64,000 bases of DNA from Candidatus Multivorans sp. (GCA_965262355.1 OZ253534.1:1280845-1344844); one strand, 5' to 3'. Numbered from the stretch's first letter, positions 38,206-48,715 are shown. The notes: generated from the letters alone by a model not told the origin. Made by a program: numbers and translations.

Positions 38206-39039
38206 GTGACTTCCCTGCCCGCAGCTCTCACCGACCCGCAGTGGCCGCGGTCGCTGGTGCGCCAGATCCGGCGCGGGCGGGAGCTGGTGGGCGACAGTCC
38301 TGCGGCCGGAATCCAGGAGACGGACGCCAAACTGTTCGCCACGCGGCTTGCTGGCGTCGACCGACTCCTCGATGGCGGGATCTGTCGCGGGCAGACGGTC
38401 GAGCTGGTCGGTCCCCGGAGCAGCGGCCGCTTCTCCCTGGTGCTGGAGCTCCTGGCCGGCGCCACCCAGAGCGGTGAATCGGCGGCGCTGGTCGACCTGG
38501 GAGATCACTTCGATCCGCAGGCGGCCGCGCGCACCGGAGTCGTCCTCGAACGGCTGCTCTGGGCGCGGCCCCAGCGACTGAAGCAGGCGCTGGGCAGCGC
38601 GGAAGTGCTGATCGGCGGCGGCTTCCCCCTGGTCGTGGTCGACCTCGGACTGCCCCCGGTTCCCGGCGGCCGCGGCAAGGAGTCGGCATGGCTGCGGCTG
38701 CGGCGGGCGGCGGAGGACCATCAGGCGGCGCTCCTGATCGCCAGTCCGTACCGCGCCGGCGGCACGGCGCCGCAGAAGATCCTCGACCTGGGATCCCACG
38801 CGTTGCCGGTCCGCGCCCTCTGGGGGCAGGCCGCGCCGAGGAGCCCGCGGTTACTCGACGGACTCGCGACCCGCCTGGAACTCGCCAAGTCGCGCGGCGA
38901 ACGGCCGGGCGCCGCGACCAACGTCGAACTGCGCGTTCTCACCAGCAGCCTGCGGCGCCCCCTACCCGTCGCGCCGCCCAGGCCGGCGGAGAGCAGCCGC
39001 GGCGGCTCGCCCGCCGAGGTGCTGAGACGTGCCGGCTAA
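38206..39039 (+). CDS. imuA: ImuA (SulA/RecA-fold SOS-mutagenesis protein)
   Basis: GTG start. ~277 aa. RecA-like core (LVGPRSSGRFSLVLELLAGA). Position immediately upstream of imuB, and dnaE2 in the same orientation. Confidence 0.7.
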   Translation: MTSLPAALTDPQWPRSLVRQIRRGRELVGDSPAAGIQETDAKLFATRLAGVDRLLDGGICRGQTVELVGPRSSGRFSLVLELLAGATQSGESAALVDLGDHFDPQAAARTGVVLERLLWARPQRLKQALGSAEVLIGGGFPLVVVDLGLPPVPGGRGKESAWLRLRRAAEDHQAALLIASPYRAGGTAPQKILDLGSHALPVRALWGQAAPRSPRLLDGLATRLELAKSRGERPGAATNVELRVLTSSLRRPLPVAPPRPAESSRGGSPAEVLRRAG

Positions 39040-40591
39040 GCGGAGATCCCGCATCGCCTGCATGAGGGCGGCGCTCTTTCCACTGGCCGCCTACCTGCGG
39101 GGGGCGCCGGAGCTCGCCCGGGAGGCGGTCGTGGTCCACGAGGGACCCTCGGCGCGGATCGTCGCCGCCTCCCGGCTGGCGCGCCGCGCGGGGGTGCGAC
39201 CGGGGCTGACCGTGGCCCAGGCCCGGAACATCGAGTCCGGCCTGGTCGACCGCGTCCGCGACCCGGAGCGCGAGCACACCGCGCAGGAGGTGCTGATCGA
39301 GATCGCCGGCGCCTTCTCGCCCCGGGTCGAGGACGGCGGCGAGGGCATGGTCTACCTCGACATCGCGGCCGATGACGAACACAACTTCGGCCAGACGATG
39401 ATGCGGGACATGGATGCCGCCGGCCTGCCCGGGCGGGTCGGCATCGCCGGCAGCAAGCTCGCGGCGCAGGCCGCGGCCGCCCTGCCGCGGTCGCCGAACG
39501 TCGTGGCGCCCCGGGGTGAAGCCCGGTTTCTGGCGCCGTTGCCGCTCAACGCCCTGCTCGAGAGCGGCGGCAGCGGTTCCGGCGACACGGCGCCGAAAGG
39601 CGACGACCAGGAGATCCTCCCCACGCTGAAGCTCTGGGGCCTGCGCACGGTCGGCGACCTGGCCGGCCTGCCGGCTGGCGAGGTCCACAGCCGTCTCGGC
39701 GAGCGCGGCACAGCGCTCCACGCCGCCGCCCGGGGCATCGATCCGGCGCCGCTCACTCCCCGTCCGCCGCCGCCCACCTTCCGCGAGTCGCAGACCCTGG
39801 AGTGGCCTATCGACAACCTGGAACCGTTCCTGTTCGTCGCCCGCGGGGCGGTCGAACGGCTCACCTCCCGGCTCGAAGCCCGAGGCATGGGCTGCAAGCG
39901 GCTCGAGCTGTCACTCAAGATCGAGCCCGAGGGCCTCCACGAGGTGGCGATCGAGCTGCCGGCGCCCACGCGCGAGGCCCGAACGCTGCTGTCGCTCGTC
40001 CGCCTCCACCTGGAGGCGGAACCGCCGCGGGCGCCGATCACCGGCATGCAGCTTTCGGCTCACCCCGATGCCCCGCGCCAGGCTCAACTCAGCCTGCTCG
40101 GCCCTGCCGCCCTGTCGCCCGATCGCCTGGCCGCAGTTACGGCCCGGCTACTCGCCCTGCTCGGGCCGAACCGGGTCGGCTCGCCGCGCACCCGGAACGG
40201 CCACCTGCCGGAACGCTTCCGGATCGCCGACTACGACCCGCCGCCGCCGCCACGCATCCGGCTCGAACCGCGGCCCGGCCGCGGCATGCTGGCGGTGCGC
40301 ACCCTGCGGCCTCCGGTCGAGATCGAGGTGCTGACCGTCGAGGCGGGCAAAACTCCCGCTCCCTGTCCCGAACCGGTGCGGATCAACCTTCTGCCCACCG
40401 AGGAACGCCATGTCCGGATCGAGGGTGCGGTCCGCACCGCTGCCGGGCCGTGGGAGATCGAGGAGGGCTGGTGGCGGGAGGTCCCGGCCCTGCGGGACTA
40501 CTGGGACGTGGAACTGCGAAACGGCGCCGTGTGCCGGATCTATCGTGACCGGGGTTCGGAACGGTGGTTCGCGGATGGAGTGTACGACTGA
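39029..40591 (+). CDS. imuB: ImuB (catalytically inactive Y-family polymerase homologue)
   Basis: Y-family palm/fingers-like N-terminal half lacking the acidic catalytic triad. 520 aa. Start may be at 39062 (MRAALFPLAAYL...). Confidence 0.75.
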   Translation: MPAKRRSRIACMRAALFPLAAYLRGAPELAREAVVVHEGPSARIVAASRLARRAGVRPGLTVAQARNIESGLVDRVRDPEREHTAQEVLIEIAGAFSPRVEDGGEGMVYLDIAADDEHNFGQTMMRDMDAAGLPGRVGIAGSKLAAQAAAALPRSPNVVAPRGEARFLAPLPLNALLESGGSGSGDTAPKGDDQEILPTLKLWGLRTVGDLAGLPAGEVHSRLGERGTALHAAARGIDPAPLTPRPPPPTFRESQTLEWPIDNLEPFLFVARGAVERLTSRLEARGMGCKRLELSLKIEPEGLHEVAIELPAPTREARTLLSLVRLHLEAEPPRAPITGMQLSAHPDAPRQAQLSLLGPAALSPDRLAAVTARLLALLGPNRVGSPRTRNGHLPERFRIADYDPPPPPRIRLEPRPGRGMLAVRTLRPPVEIEVLTVEAGKTPAPCPEPVRINLLPTEERHVRIEGAVRTAAGPWEIEEGWWREVPALRDYWDVELRNGAVCRIYRDRGSERWFADGVYD

Positions 40592-40619
40592 GGGTCTCGA
40601 CCGAAACACGCGCTGCTCC

Positions 40620-41738
40620 CTAGTGTACTGTCTCCAACATGGCTTTACCACGTGTAACCTTTGCGATGATGCTGTCGGCGGTGGCCGTCCAGACGAACGG
40701 CCGGGAGTTTTCGTTGCTGTGCTCCACGTAGTCGTAGATGGTCTTTACGAGGTCGTTGACGCTCTGGAATGCACCGCGCCGGATCGCCTTCGTGGTCAGA
40801 CCGCCCAGCCAGCGTTCGACCAGGTTGAGCCAGGGCGACGAAGTCGGAATGAAATGGAAGTGGAAGCGAGGCTTTCGCTCCAGCCATGCGCGCACGGCGG
40901 CGTGTTTGTGGGTCTGGTAGTTGTCCAGGATCAGGTGCAGGTCGAGATGCTTCGGGATCTCACGGTCGAGACGCTTGAGGAAACGGAGAAACTCCTGGTG
41001 GCGCTGCCGGCCCATGCACTCCGCGATCACCGTGCCCTCCAACACGTTCAGCGCAGCGAACAACGTCGTCGTCCCGTTGCGCTTGTAGTCGTGGGTCATC
41101 GTTCCCGCGCGGCCGCGCTTGAGCGGCAAGCCCGGCTGGGTCCGGTCCAGAGCCTGGATCTGGCTCTTCTCGTCCACGCACAACACAAGCGCGTTCTCGG
41201 GCGGATTCCGGTACAGGCCCACAACGTCCCGCAGCTTTTCCACGAACCTGGGGTCGTTGCTCAGCTTGAACGTCTTGACCAGATGGGGCTTCAGCCCGTG
41301 CGCCACCCAGATGCGCTGGACCGCCGCCGGACTGATGCCCTGGGCCCGAGCCATCGAACGCACGCTCCAGTGGGTCTGACCGGGCGGCTTCTCGTGCAGC
41401 GTCGCTTCGATCATTTTACGCACGACCGACTCCGAGAGCGGCGGCTTTCCGCAACCGCGGGGACGATCCCTGGTCAGCCCCGAAGGTCCGTCCTCCGCGA
41501 ACCGACGACGCCACAGCAGCACCGTGGGCCGCGAAACGCCGAGTTTCGCCGCAATCGCCCGATTGGCCGTGCCCTCCGCCGCAGCGAGCACGATCCGGCT
41601 ACGCCGGACGGTGCGTTGCGTCGTCGTCGGCGCCTCTACCCATTTCTTGAGAAGCGCTCGATCGCTCTCTTCGATGTGAAGTCGTTCCGCTGGTTCCCAC
41701 ATGAACGGAATACTGACGAACTTGCCCGAGACTGTCAA
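40620..41738 (-). CDS. IS630-family transposase (HTH + DDE_3)
   Basis: 372 aa. The transposase stop TAG overlaps the TA duplication. Confidence 0.9.
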   Translation of the reverse strand: MTVSGKFVSIPFMWEPAERLHIEESDRALLKKWVEAPTTTQRTVRRSRIVLAAAEGTANRAIAAKLGVSRPTVLLWRRRFAEDGPSGLTRDRPRGCGKPPLSESVVRKMIEATLHEKPPGQTHWSVRSMARAQGISPAAVQRIWVAHGLKPHLVKTFKLSNDPRFVEKLRDVVGLYRNPPENALVLCVDEKSQIQALDRTQPGLPLKRGRAGTMTHDYKRNGTTTLFAALNVLEGTVIAECMGRQRHQEFLRFLKRLDREIPKHLDLHLILDNYQTHKHAAVRAWLERKPRFHFHFIPTSSPWLNLVERWLGGLTTKAIRRGAFQSVNDLVKTIYDYVEHSNENSRPFVWTATADSIIAKVTRGKAMLETVH

Positions 41739-41759
41739 CCCATGTCGGAGACACTACAC
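40623..41759. mobile_element. IS630-family insertion sequence, copy A (1137 bp), with TA target duplication
   Basis: Terminal inverted repeats GTGTACTGTCTCC ... GGAGACACTACAC flanked by TA at 40621-22 and 41760-61. Confidence 0.85.
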
Positions 41760-41937
41760 TAGAAGCCCACGCCACTACGCCAGACACCACCTCTCTCGCT
41801 CGGTGAAAACGACACTCTCACTCTTGTGCTAGACACTCGGGCTGCTACACGACCACTTCGGTCAAGACACGCCTGCTCATACCCATCGGAACGACCGACC
41901 ACCAGGCGCCGGGCCTGCGCATGAACGAACAGAGGAT

Positions 41938-42720
41938 ATGAAGTTGCCACACCAAACGTACTTCTCCCAACGCACCGGCGTGAATCCACATCCCGATGGC
42001 CTACCGCTCGCTGACATCGTCGACCTCTTCCTGCGTGTCTACGAGGACCTAGAGACTGAGGGCTACTTCGATGAGGCGTTCGGTTTTGAATGCGTCGATG
42101 CAGGCCACATCGCGGGTCGCGTGAAGGACGTGGAATTGGAAGTCCTCTTGGCAATCCGAAAGAGAGAACTCTGGCCTATCGCTGATCATGCCGACGGGTA
42201 CAGCGAAGATGACCTCTTCGACCTACTGGAGTTCCTATTCCAACATGTGTCAAGACCGGTCGACGGTGAGAATCATAGTTGGGGTCAATGTGGGATGCAC
42301 TGGGAGACCTTTAACCGCGAGGACGGCCAGGAGCACTACCGGTCAAAGATGAACCAAGTCCTGGACCATTACGAACGAGCATTCGAGCTGTCGCCGGAGG
42401 GCCAGATCCTGCGCCGAGTAGAGGCAGGATTTGAGACGACCTTCGAAGCGGACATGCCATCAGAAGACCCCAAAGTGGTGTCACGTGTTGAAGCCGCAGT
42501 CTCCACCTACCGTCGACACCATTCGACAGTGGAGGATCGACGCCAAGCCGTCCGCGACTTGGCGGACGTACTTGAGCACCTTCGCCCTCAGATCAAATCA
42601 CTACTCACAAAGAAGGACGAAGGAGACCTCTTCAACATCGCCAACAACTTTGGAATCAGGCACCACAACGACAAGCAGCAAACCGGATACGACACCGCAC
42701 TGTGGCTCAGTTTGAGCTTG
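41938..42720 (+). pseudogene. hypothetical protein gene (low GC), 3' end interrupted by an IS3 insertion
   Basis: The coding-looking frame runs into the IS3 left inverted repeat at ~42719. No family recognised. Confidence 0.45.
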
Positions 42721-42766
42721 ACCCGTTTTGGTGGACACCTCATTCTTGGAAGAGGAGGTATCCACG

Positions 42767-43075
42767 ATGTCGAGAAGAAGGAGCCGGTACCCAGCAGAGT
42801 ACCGGCAGCAGATGGTGGATCTGGTCCGGTCCGGGCGGAGCCCGGACCAACTAGCCCGCGAGTTCGAGCCGTCAGCGCAGTCGATCCGGAACTGGGTCGC
42901 CCAGGCGGACCGGGACGAGGGTCGCCGCAGCGACGGGAGCACGACGGCGGAGCGTGAGGAGTTGCGCCGTCTGCGCCGGGAGAATCGCCGGCTGCGGGAA
43001 GAGCGGGAGATCCTGGCAAAAGCAACGGCCTGGTTCGCTCGGGAGACGGAACCGAAGGGGTCTTCCGGTTCATGA
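42767..43075 (+). CDS. IS3 OrfA (HTH transposase N-terminal part)
   Basis: MSRRRSRYPAEYRQQMVDLVRSGRS ... leucine-zipper region. Ends 4 nt inside orfB. Confidence 0.8.
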   Translation: MSRRRSRYPAEYRQQMVDLVRSGRSPDQLAREFEPSAQSIRNWVAQADRDEGRRSDGSTTAEREELRRLRRENRRLREEREILAKATAWFARETEPKGSSGS

Positions 43076-43920
43076 GAGCGCACCGGGCCGAGTTCCGCGT
43101 CACGACGATGGCCCGCGTGCTCGGCGTCTCCACGAGCGGGTTCTACGCCTGGCTGAGGCGCCCGCGGTCGGCCAGGGAGAAGTCGGACACCGCTCTCGCC
43201 GAGCGGGTGCGGGCGATTCACGAACGGAGCCGAGGGACCTACGGGGCGCCGAGGATTCAGGCTGAACTGGCCGACTGTGGGTTCGCAGTGAGCCGCATGC
43301 GCGTTGCCAGACTGATGCGAGAGTCCGGCCTGGCGGGCATCAGCCGCCGCAAACGGCCGACGACGACCCGTCGCGCCGCCTCGGTTCGCCCGGCGCCGGA
43401 CCTCGTTGATCGGCAGTTCGTGGCCGAGACCCCGGATCGGCTGTGGGTCGCGGACATCACTTACGTTCCGACGCTTGCCGGGTTCGTGTACCTGTCGATC
43501 GTCCTGGACGTATTCAGTCGGCGAATCGTCGGCTGGGCCATGAACTCTTCTCTGGCAACCGACCTCGTGCTCAGCGCTCTGGAGATGGCGATTGCCCAGC
43601 GGCGACCCGAGTGCGTGATCCACCACTCCGATCAAGGCAGCCAGTACGCTTCCCTAACGTTCGGGAACCGCTGCCGCGATGCCGGCATCGCACTCTCGAT
43701 GGGTTCCGTCGGAGATTGCTACGACAACGCCATGGCCGAGAGCTTCTTCGCCAGCCTCGAGTGCGAGCTGCTCGACCAGACAACGTTCCGAAATCACGCC
43801 GAAGCGAAGGCGGAACTCTTTCGCTACATCGAGGGCTGGTACGATACCCATCGTCGCCATTCGGCGATCGGACAACGCTCACCCGTCAACTTCGAAGAGG
43901 CGTACCGAGAGGCCGCCTGA
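43072..43920 (+). CDS. IS3 OrfB (DDE integrase-core transposase)
   Basis: D..D..E catalytic core (WVADITYV ... HSDQGSQY ... ESFFASLE). Confidence 0.9.
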   Translation: MRAHRAEFRVTTMARVLGVSTSGFYAWLRRPRSAREKSDTALAERVRAIHERSRGTYGAPRIQAELADCGFAVSRMRVARLMRESGLAGISRRKRPTTTRRAASVRPAPDLVDRQFVAETPDRLWVADITYVPTLAGFVYLSIVLDVFSRRIVGWAMNSSLATDLVLSALEMAIAQRRPECVIHHSDQGSQYASLTFGNRCRDAGIALSMGSVGDCYDNAMAESFFASLECELLDQTTFRNHAEAKAELFRYIEGWYDTHRRHSAIGQRSPVNFEEAYREAA

Positions 43921-44045
43921 TTCCCGAAACACAAACTGTCCACGAAACCGGGGCAACTCCAGTTGGATGTTCTACTTCTATCTTGCGACTATCCACGTCG
44001 TGCTCCGCAAGATCAAGCATGAGGGCAACTCGTAGTGTTAAGCTC

Positions 44046-45242
44046 CTACACCACGGTACGGGACTCTGGACCACGTAAACAGCGACGCACGAAGTCGTCG
44101 AACCAGGGTACCGTAAAGTCAACCTCACCCCAACGCGGCGAGTAGCAGAGCCCCTTCTTGATCAGCTTGTCGCGCACAGGTCCCACGCCCGGTGTGTCCT
44201 TGCCCATGGTTGCCGCGACACGACCTGAAGCATACGGACCCTCGCCAAGCGACGCCATGGCGACCAGGTACTCGCGCTCTGAATCGGTCGTGCGGTCGAT
44301 CCGGACTCGGAAGAAGCCGGTATCCAGTTCATCGACCGCAGTCGGCACCGCGGTATCCACGTCCCTGGCAGTGATTTTGGCCGGACCATCCGCCAGGTCC
44401 CACGCCTGCTTGCCGAACTCCTGAAGGAAGTAGGGGTAGCCCCGAGTCTCGCCGACGATTCGGTCGAGCGCGTCCGGCTGCCAGACGACTCCTTCTTCTT
44501 CAGCCGGCTCGACCAGCGCTGCTCTGGCGTCGCCGTCGTCCAAACTGTTGATCGACTGGAAGTTGAAAAGGCGCTCCGCGTACGATTTCGCTTCGCCGGC
44601 GAGGGCCGGCACCGACGGCAGGCCAGCGGCGACCAACATGAATGGAAGCTGCTCCTGATTGACTTGGTGGAGGCCAACGATCAGGGCCCCCAGGTCCTTC
44701 CGCTTCAGGTACTGGACCTCATCCAACGTGATCAACACGCCGCGCTCTCGCTCCCGGGCTACGTCGCCGACCTCGGTGAACAGACCAGACAGGTCCTCGT
44801 CCAGAAGCCCGGAATCTGCCCAGCCGGGCACGGGGTCCAGTCCGACGGTCACATCGCCGCCGTCCGGAAGGTTCCAGCGCATCTGGAAGGACTTCAGGAC
44901 TCCCAACGCACGCCGGCCCCGCTCGGCCAGGTTGTGCGCCGGTGAAAGCCGCAAGAGCACCTTGCGCACCAGTCCGGCCACAGCTTGGGGGAGTCGCATC
45001 CCCTCACTAGCCTCAAGCGGCTGGCAGACCCAGTCCCGCTCTTGGCCGAGGCGACGAAACTCCCGCAAGAGGACCGTCTTCCCGACGCCGCGCAGGCCAG
45101 TCAGAATCACGCTCTTGGCGGAACGGCCGAGCCTGAGACGCTCGATCGCGACACGGATGATCTCAAGCTCAGCATCACGACCTACGAGTGCGGGCGGCGG
45201 ACTGCCGGCACCTGGGCTGTAGGGGTTCCGGATCGGGTTCAT
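44046..45242 (-). CDS. AAA-type ATP-binding protein (ORC/Cdc6-like AAA+ with C-terminal winged-helix/DUF234-like)
   Basis: NPYSPGAG ... LVGRDAELE ... LTGLRGVGKT Walker A and DEVQ Walker B. 398 aa. Confidence 0.8.
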   Translation of the reverse strand: MNPIRNPYSPGAGSPPPALVGRDAELEIIRVAIERLRLGRSAKSVILTGLRGVGKTVLLREFRRLGQERDWVCQPLEASEGMRLPQAVAGLVRKVLLRLSPAHNLAERGRRALGVLKSFQMRWNLPDGGDVTVGLDPVPGWADSGLLDEDLSGLFTEVGDVARERERGVLITLDEVQYLKRKDLGALIVGLHQVNQEQLPFMLVAAGLPSVPALAGEAKSYAERLFNFQSINSLDDGDARAALVEPAEEEGVVWQPDALDRIVGETRGYPYFLQEFGKQAWDLADGPAKITARDVDTAVPTAVDELDTGFFRVRIDRTTDSEREYLVAMASLGEGPYASGRVAATMGKDTPGVGPVRDKLIKKGLCYSPRWGEVDFTVPWFDDFVRRCLRGPESRTVV

Positions 45243-45376
45243 CGGACGATTATAGGGTTCTGCCCGATTTATATCTAGATTAGCTATAAACTAGGCAGAT
45301 CGCTATAAACGCGAGACGACGCAACGACTGCTCACGCTTGGCGTGTAAGCAGCCCGGTAGTCCGAACGCGCCAGCC
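45243..45376. promoter_or_regulatory. AT-rich segment upstream of the ATPase gene with direct repeats GCTATAAAC (x2) and a CTAG ... CTAG symmetry
   Basis: ttatagggttctgcccgatttatatctagattagctataaactaggcagatcgctataaacgcg. A striking AT island in ~70% GC DNA. Confidence 0.3.
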
Positions 45377-45766
45377 TCAATCGCCTGGCAGGGTGGGTCG
45401 CGGCACCTGCCCGCCAATCACCTGCTCCGCCACCACCCGGCCGCCGATCAGGTGTTCCTGGATCACTCGTTCGAGCACCTCGGGGGTGCAGCCCCAGTAC
45501 CAGACGCCCTCCGGGTAGACGACCGCGATCGGGCCGGCGTCGCAGATCCGCAGGCAGTTCGCCTTCGTCCGCATGACCGTGCCGGACTCCGTCAGGCCGA
45601 CCTCGACCAGGCGGCGCTTGAGGAACGCCCACGACTCGAGTGACGTCTCCAGCTCACAGCACTTCGGCGTCGTCTGGTCGCAGCACAGGAAGATGTGCCG
45701 CTGCACGTTCGAGATGCCGATGGCCTCGGCTTTGCGACGGGCACGGTCGAGCGCTTCGCGGTCCAT
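45377..45766 (-). CDS. thioredoxin-like (2Fe-2S) ferredoxin-domain protein
   Basis: Cys cluster [10 protein letters not shown] ... CLRICD. Start taken at MDREALD (45766) rather than 45820, to avoid start codons overlapping the divergent gene. Confidence 0.55.
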   Translation of the reverse strand: MDREALDRARRKAEAIGISNVQRHIFLCCDQTTPKCCELETSLESWAFLKRRLVEVGLTESGTVMRTKANCLRICDAGPIAVVYPEGVWYWGCTPEVLERVIQEHLIGGRVVAEQVIGGQVPRPTLPGD

Positions 45767-45818
45767 GGCGCCGATGATTCCATGACCGGTGCGGAGCCCG
45801 GCGATAGTCTGCTCCGCC

Positions 45819-46196
45819 ATGAAGCTGTTCGAGGCCGCCTATCCGTTCCAGGACGATGTCCTGGCTCTGCCGGTCGAGGATCTCGACGCGACTGCGAAGT
45901 GGTACGCGAGTGCCTTCGGCCTCCAGGAGGTCGAGCGACGTGAAGAGCCCGTGCCGACGGTCATCCTCGAACGCGACGGCGTCCGGATCGGCTTCGCGAT
46001 CAACGGCGGCGACGCGAGCATGGACGGCGCGGCGATCCTGGTCACCGACATCAAGCGAGCGCGGGCCGAACTCAAGGGCAACGGCGTCAAGGTCAAGAAC
46101 TGGCGCATCGACAAGCGGGACGGGAAGAAGTTCCGGGTCTTCTTCGTCGTCGCGCCGGATGGTCTCTGCTACTATTTCCATCAGCCGGTCCTGTAA
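45819..46196 (+). CDS. VOC-family (glyoxalase/bleomycin-resistance fold) protein
   Basis: ~125 aa. Paired beta-alpha-beta-beta-beta modules; H/E metal-ligand positions plausible. Confidence 0.65.
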   Translation: MKLFEAAYPFQDDVLALPVEDLDATAKWYASAFGLQEVERREEPVPTVILERDGVRIGFAINGGDASMDGAAILVTDIKRARAELKGNGVKVKNWRIDKRDGKKFRVFFVVAPDGLCYYFHQPVL

Positions 46197-46288
46197 TCTC
46201 TACGACCCGCCAACGATGGGCGACCGCGTAGAATCAGCGGCGACGCCAACGCCCGCTACGGGCTTTCAGCCAGCACGGTATAGGCCTG

Positions 46289-46624
46289 ATGCTCACTCTC
46301 GACCCCGATGAACAGACTTGGCTGGATGAGTACCGGGGAGCGCTCCGAGACGCCCACGCCGAGGCTGTTCTGCGCCTGGTCGTCTACGGGTCCAAGGCCC
46401 GCGGCGACGCCCATGCAGAGAGCGATCTGGATCTCCTGCTCATCGTGCGAGACGATGCCGCCGACCTGAAACGGCCACTCAGGCGCATCGGGTACGAACT
46501 GGCCGCGCCCGCGCTGGTTCACCCGTCCATCATGGCGTACACGCAAGCGGAGTGGAACGCGCTTGAGCGCTATCGCTCGACCTACCACGCCTCAGTCGAG
46601 CGCGAAGGCATCCCGGTGCTTTGA
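46289..46624 (+). CDS. MNT-type nucleotidyltransferase (antitoxin-like)
   Basis: YGSKARGDAHAESDLDLLLI matches the GSx9-13DxD minimal-nucleotidyltransferase motif. Confidence 0.8.
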   Translation: MLTLDPDEQTWLDEYRGALRDAHAEAVLRLVVYGSKARGDAHAESDLDLLLIVRDDAADLKRPLRRIGYELAAPALVHPSIMAYTQAEWNALERYRSTYHASVEREGIPVL

Positions 46625-47043
46625 ACAAGGAAGCGGTGATAGCGGAGTGGCGACGGGCCTTGACTTCCCTGGGGGCAGCCGAGGTCCTCGTGCGGGCGGC
46701 CCACCATGAGGACGCTGTCGGCACCTCGTACTATGCGATCTTCCACGCGGCGAAGGCGGCCTTAGCCGTCCACAGTGTCGAAACATCGACCCACGCGGGA
46801 CTGCGGAGCATGTTCGGCCTGCATTTGGTGCAAGAAGGCGAGATAGAACCTCGGTGGGCAGCCGACCTCGGCGAAAGTCTCGACGATCGCGTGAAGGCCG
46901 ACTACAACGTCTTCGCTCACTTCTCGGAGGAAGACGCCAGCGATCAGCACGATCGAGCGAGGGTGTTCCTGAAACGTATTCGGGACTACCTCCTGGCGAG
47001 GGGGTTGACCGAGAACGAGATTCCAACCGCCCCAGCCGACTGA
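46621..47043 (+). CDS. HEPN-domain protein (toxin-like partner of the MNT)
   Basis: TTGA start/stop overlap with the MNT gene. All-helical ~140 aa. Classic MNT-HEPN pairing. Confidence 0.7.
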   Translation: MNKEAVIAEWRRALTSLGAAEVLVRAAHHEDAVGTSYYAIFHAAKAALAVHSVETSTHAGLRSMFGLHLVQEGEIEPRWAADLGESLDDRVKADYNVFAHFSEEDASDQHDRARVFLKRIRDYLLARGLTENEIPTAPAD

Positions 47044-47055
47044 CTGGCACAGCCG

Positions 47056-48711
47056 ATGGTCACTACTCCACCTCCGCAGCCTGGATCCGCCCAGCTCATG
47101 CGGCTCTCCAATGCCCTCGTAGTCTACAACCGGGCCTTCCGAAGTCATCTCAGCGCTGTCCTGCGGAAAAACCTCGGCCGCGATTGGTGGCAGCAGGGGA
47201 TCGTCCGAAGGATCTCCACGATTCAGGCAGACATCGAACACCTCGGCCTTGAGATCGAGACCGACATTGACGCCTTGTCGGTACTGGAGCCGAAGCACTA
47301 CCCTTGGATCGTCAGAGAACACCGGGAGCACTTCCAGAGGCTGTTCAACAAGCGCAGCTTCCACATCGCCAAGGTAGGAGGCAGCCCGACAACCCTCATG
47401 CATGAGGTGGCTGACTGGCGAAACGTGAACGCCCATCCGCCCGCACGCGACCTCGACCCTGCGGTCGTTGACCGGGCTGTCGACTCGATGCTCCGTCTTG
47501 TGGGCCTCTTCGACCCAGAAGCACATGACGAACTATCCAAGCTGTCGGGCAAGGCGAAGATCAAAGGAGAGCCGGAACACCGGCCCAATATCGTCTCCGG
47601 AGCCGAGAGCAAAGCGAAGAGCATCGTCGCAAAGGCGGAAGACCTGGCGCGCACTATCCGGAACGACGCCGAACGGGAGGCGATGGACATTCAGAAGGAC
47701 GCGGAGGCCCAAGCCGAAGCCATTCGGGCCGGAGCGCAGGAGAAAGCCAGGTCCAATCGGGCTTCAAGACCGAATACCTTCGTTCCTCGCGAAGATCGCG
47801 AGAAGATTGACCGTGTTCAGATGCGCGTGCGGCAACTCGAAAACGAGAAGGCGAGCGCACAGTCCGAACTCAAAACGGCACGCCGCAACATCATTGTCCT
47901 TGAGAAACGCGCGCGTTCGATAGAAGACGACGCCAAGAGGAAAGCTGGCAGAACCCTGCGAACGGCACGAGAAGAGGCCGAGACCATCCGTCTGCGACCG
48001 CAGCAGAGTGAGACCTTCCAGTCGCTTCTCAAAGAGGCCGAGGAAAAAGCGGCGCAACACGCCGCAGACATCCTGCAAGACGCAAACGCTGCGCGACAGG
48101 AGACCCTCGCCGGAACGAAAGGTCAAGCCGAGAGGATCCTCGCCGAAGCCCGTAGGGAACTGGCCACCATTCTCGCTGACGCCAATGAGAAAGAGCGCGG
48201 GGTTCTGGCGAAAGCGGAGCGCAGGGCAACCGAGATCCGCGAGGAGGCACGGCGGGCCCCAGGGAGAATCCGCGGCGAAGCTCACAGTGTCGAACCGCCA
48301 GCTCGGGACGAACCAGGCCGTGAGAAGCTCAAGGTAGCCCAAAGCAGAGCCGCAGACGACTTCCGGAGGCGTTTCAAGCCCGCGCGGTCGGGAAACGGCC
48401 ACCTCCGCTCTTTCGGCATCGACGGTTGGTGGCTCAACTGCTGGGTGGGTAGAACGAATGGACTACCTCGCGCCAGTGTCTTCGCCCCAGCCAAGACCAT
48501 CAACGGGAGGCGAATCGAGGCCCAGGACACACCCTTGATGGAGAGCGTATGCGCCAGCGAGGAGGGAGCCTTTGAATGGCTGCGCGAGAGGGATGAAAGT
48601 GGTCAGATCCGCCGGGAGGCGCGTCGTGCGATCCATTTGTTCGAGAGAGAGGAGCGCGACGACGAACCCACGCTCGAGAGCGATGCGCTCGACGACGACA
48701 TTCCGTTCTGA
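47056..48711 (+). CDS. 551-aa protein: N-terminal Swt1-like HEPN (R-N-x3-H) domain fused to a long ATP-synthase-b-like coiled coil and a unique C-terminal domain
   Basis: EVADWRNVNAHP matches the Swt1-type HEPN Rx4H motif. Residues ~170-400 are E/A/R/K-rich heptad repeats. Confidence 0.55.
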   Translation: MVTTPPPQPGSAQLMRLSNALVVYNRAFRSHLSAVLRKNLGRDWWQQGIVRRISTIQADIEHLGLEIETDIDALSVLEPKHYPWIVREHREHFQRLFNKRSFHIAKVGGSPTTLMHEVADWRNVNAHPPARDLDPAVVDRAVDSMLRLVGLFDPEAHDELSKLSGKAKIKGEPEHRPNIVSGAESKAKSIVAKAEDLARTIRNDAEREAMDIQKDAEAQAEAIRAGAQEKARSNRASRPNTFVPREDREKIDRVQMRVRQLENEKASAQSELKTARRNIIVLEKRARSIEDDAKRKAGRTLRTAREEAETIRLRPQQSETFQSLLKEAEEKAAQHAADILQDANAARQETLAGTKGQAERILAEARRELATILADANEKERGVLAKAERRATEIREEARRAPGRIRGEAHSVEPPARDEPGREKLKVAQSRAADDFRRRFKPARSGNGHLRSFGIDGWWLNCWVGRTNGLPRASVFAPAKTINGRRIEAQDTPLMESVCASEEGAFEWLRERDESGQIRREARRAIHLFEREERDDEPTLESDALDDDIPF

Positions 48712-48715
48712 GGGT

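Larger units (their letters stand above)
42719..43955. mobile_element. IS3-family insertion sequence (~1.24 kb)
   Basis: Imperfect terminal inverted repeats TGACCCGTTTTGGTGGACAC / TGCCCCGGTTTCGTGGACAG (right end given as its reverse complement). OrfA and orfB overlap as expected for a -1 frameshift. Confidence 0.8.

Noticed and set aside
45818-45821. Divergent ferredoxin-like and VOC genes sharing overlapping start codons (CATG)
   Set aside because: Zero-length promoter space is implausible. The ferredoxin start was moved to the internal Met (45766), which matches family length.
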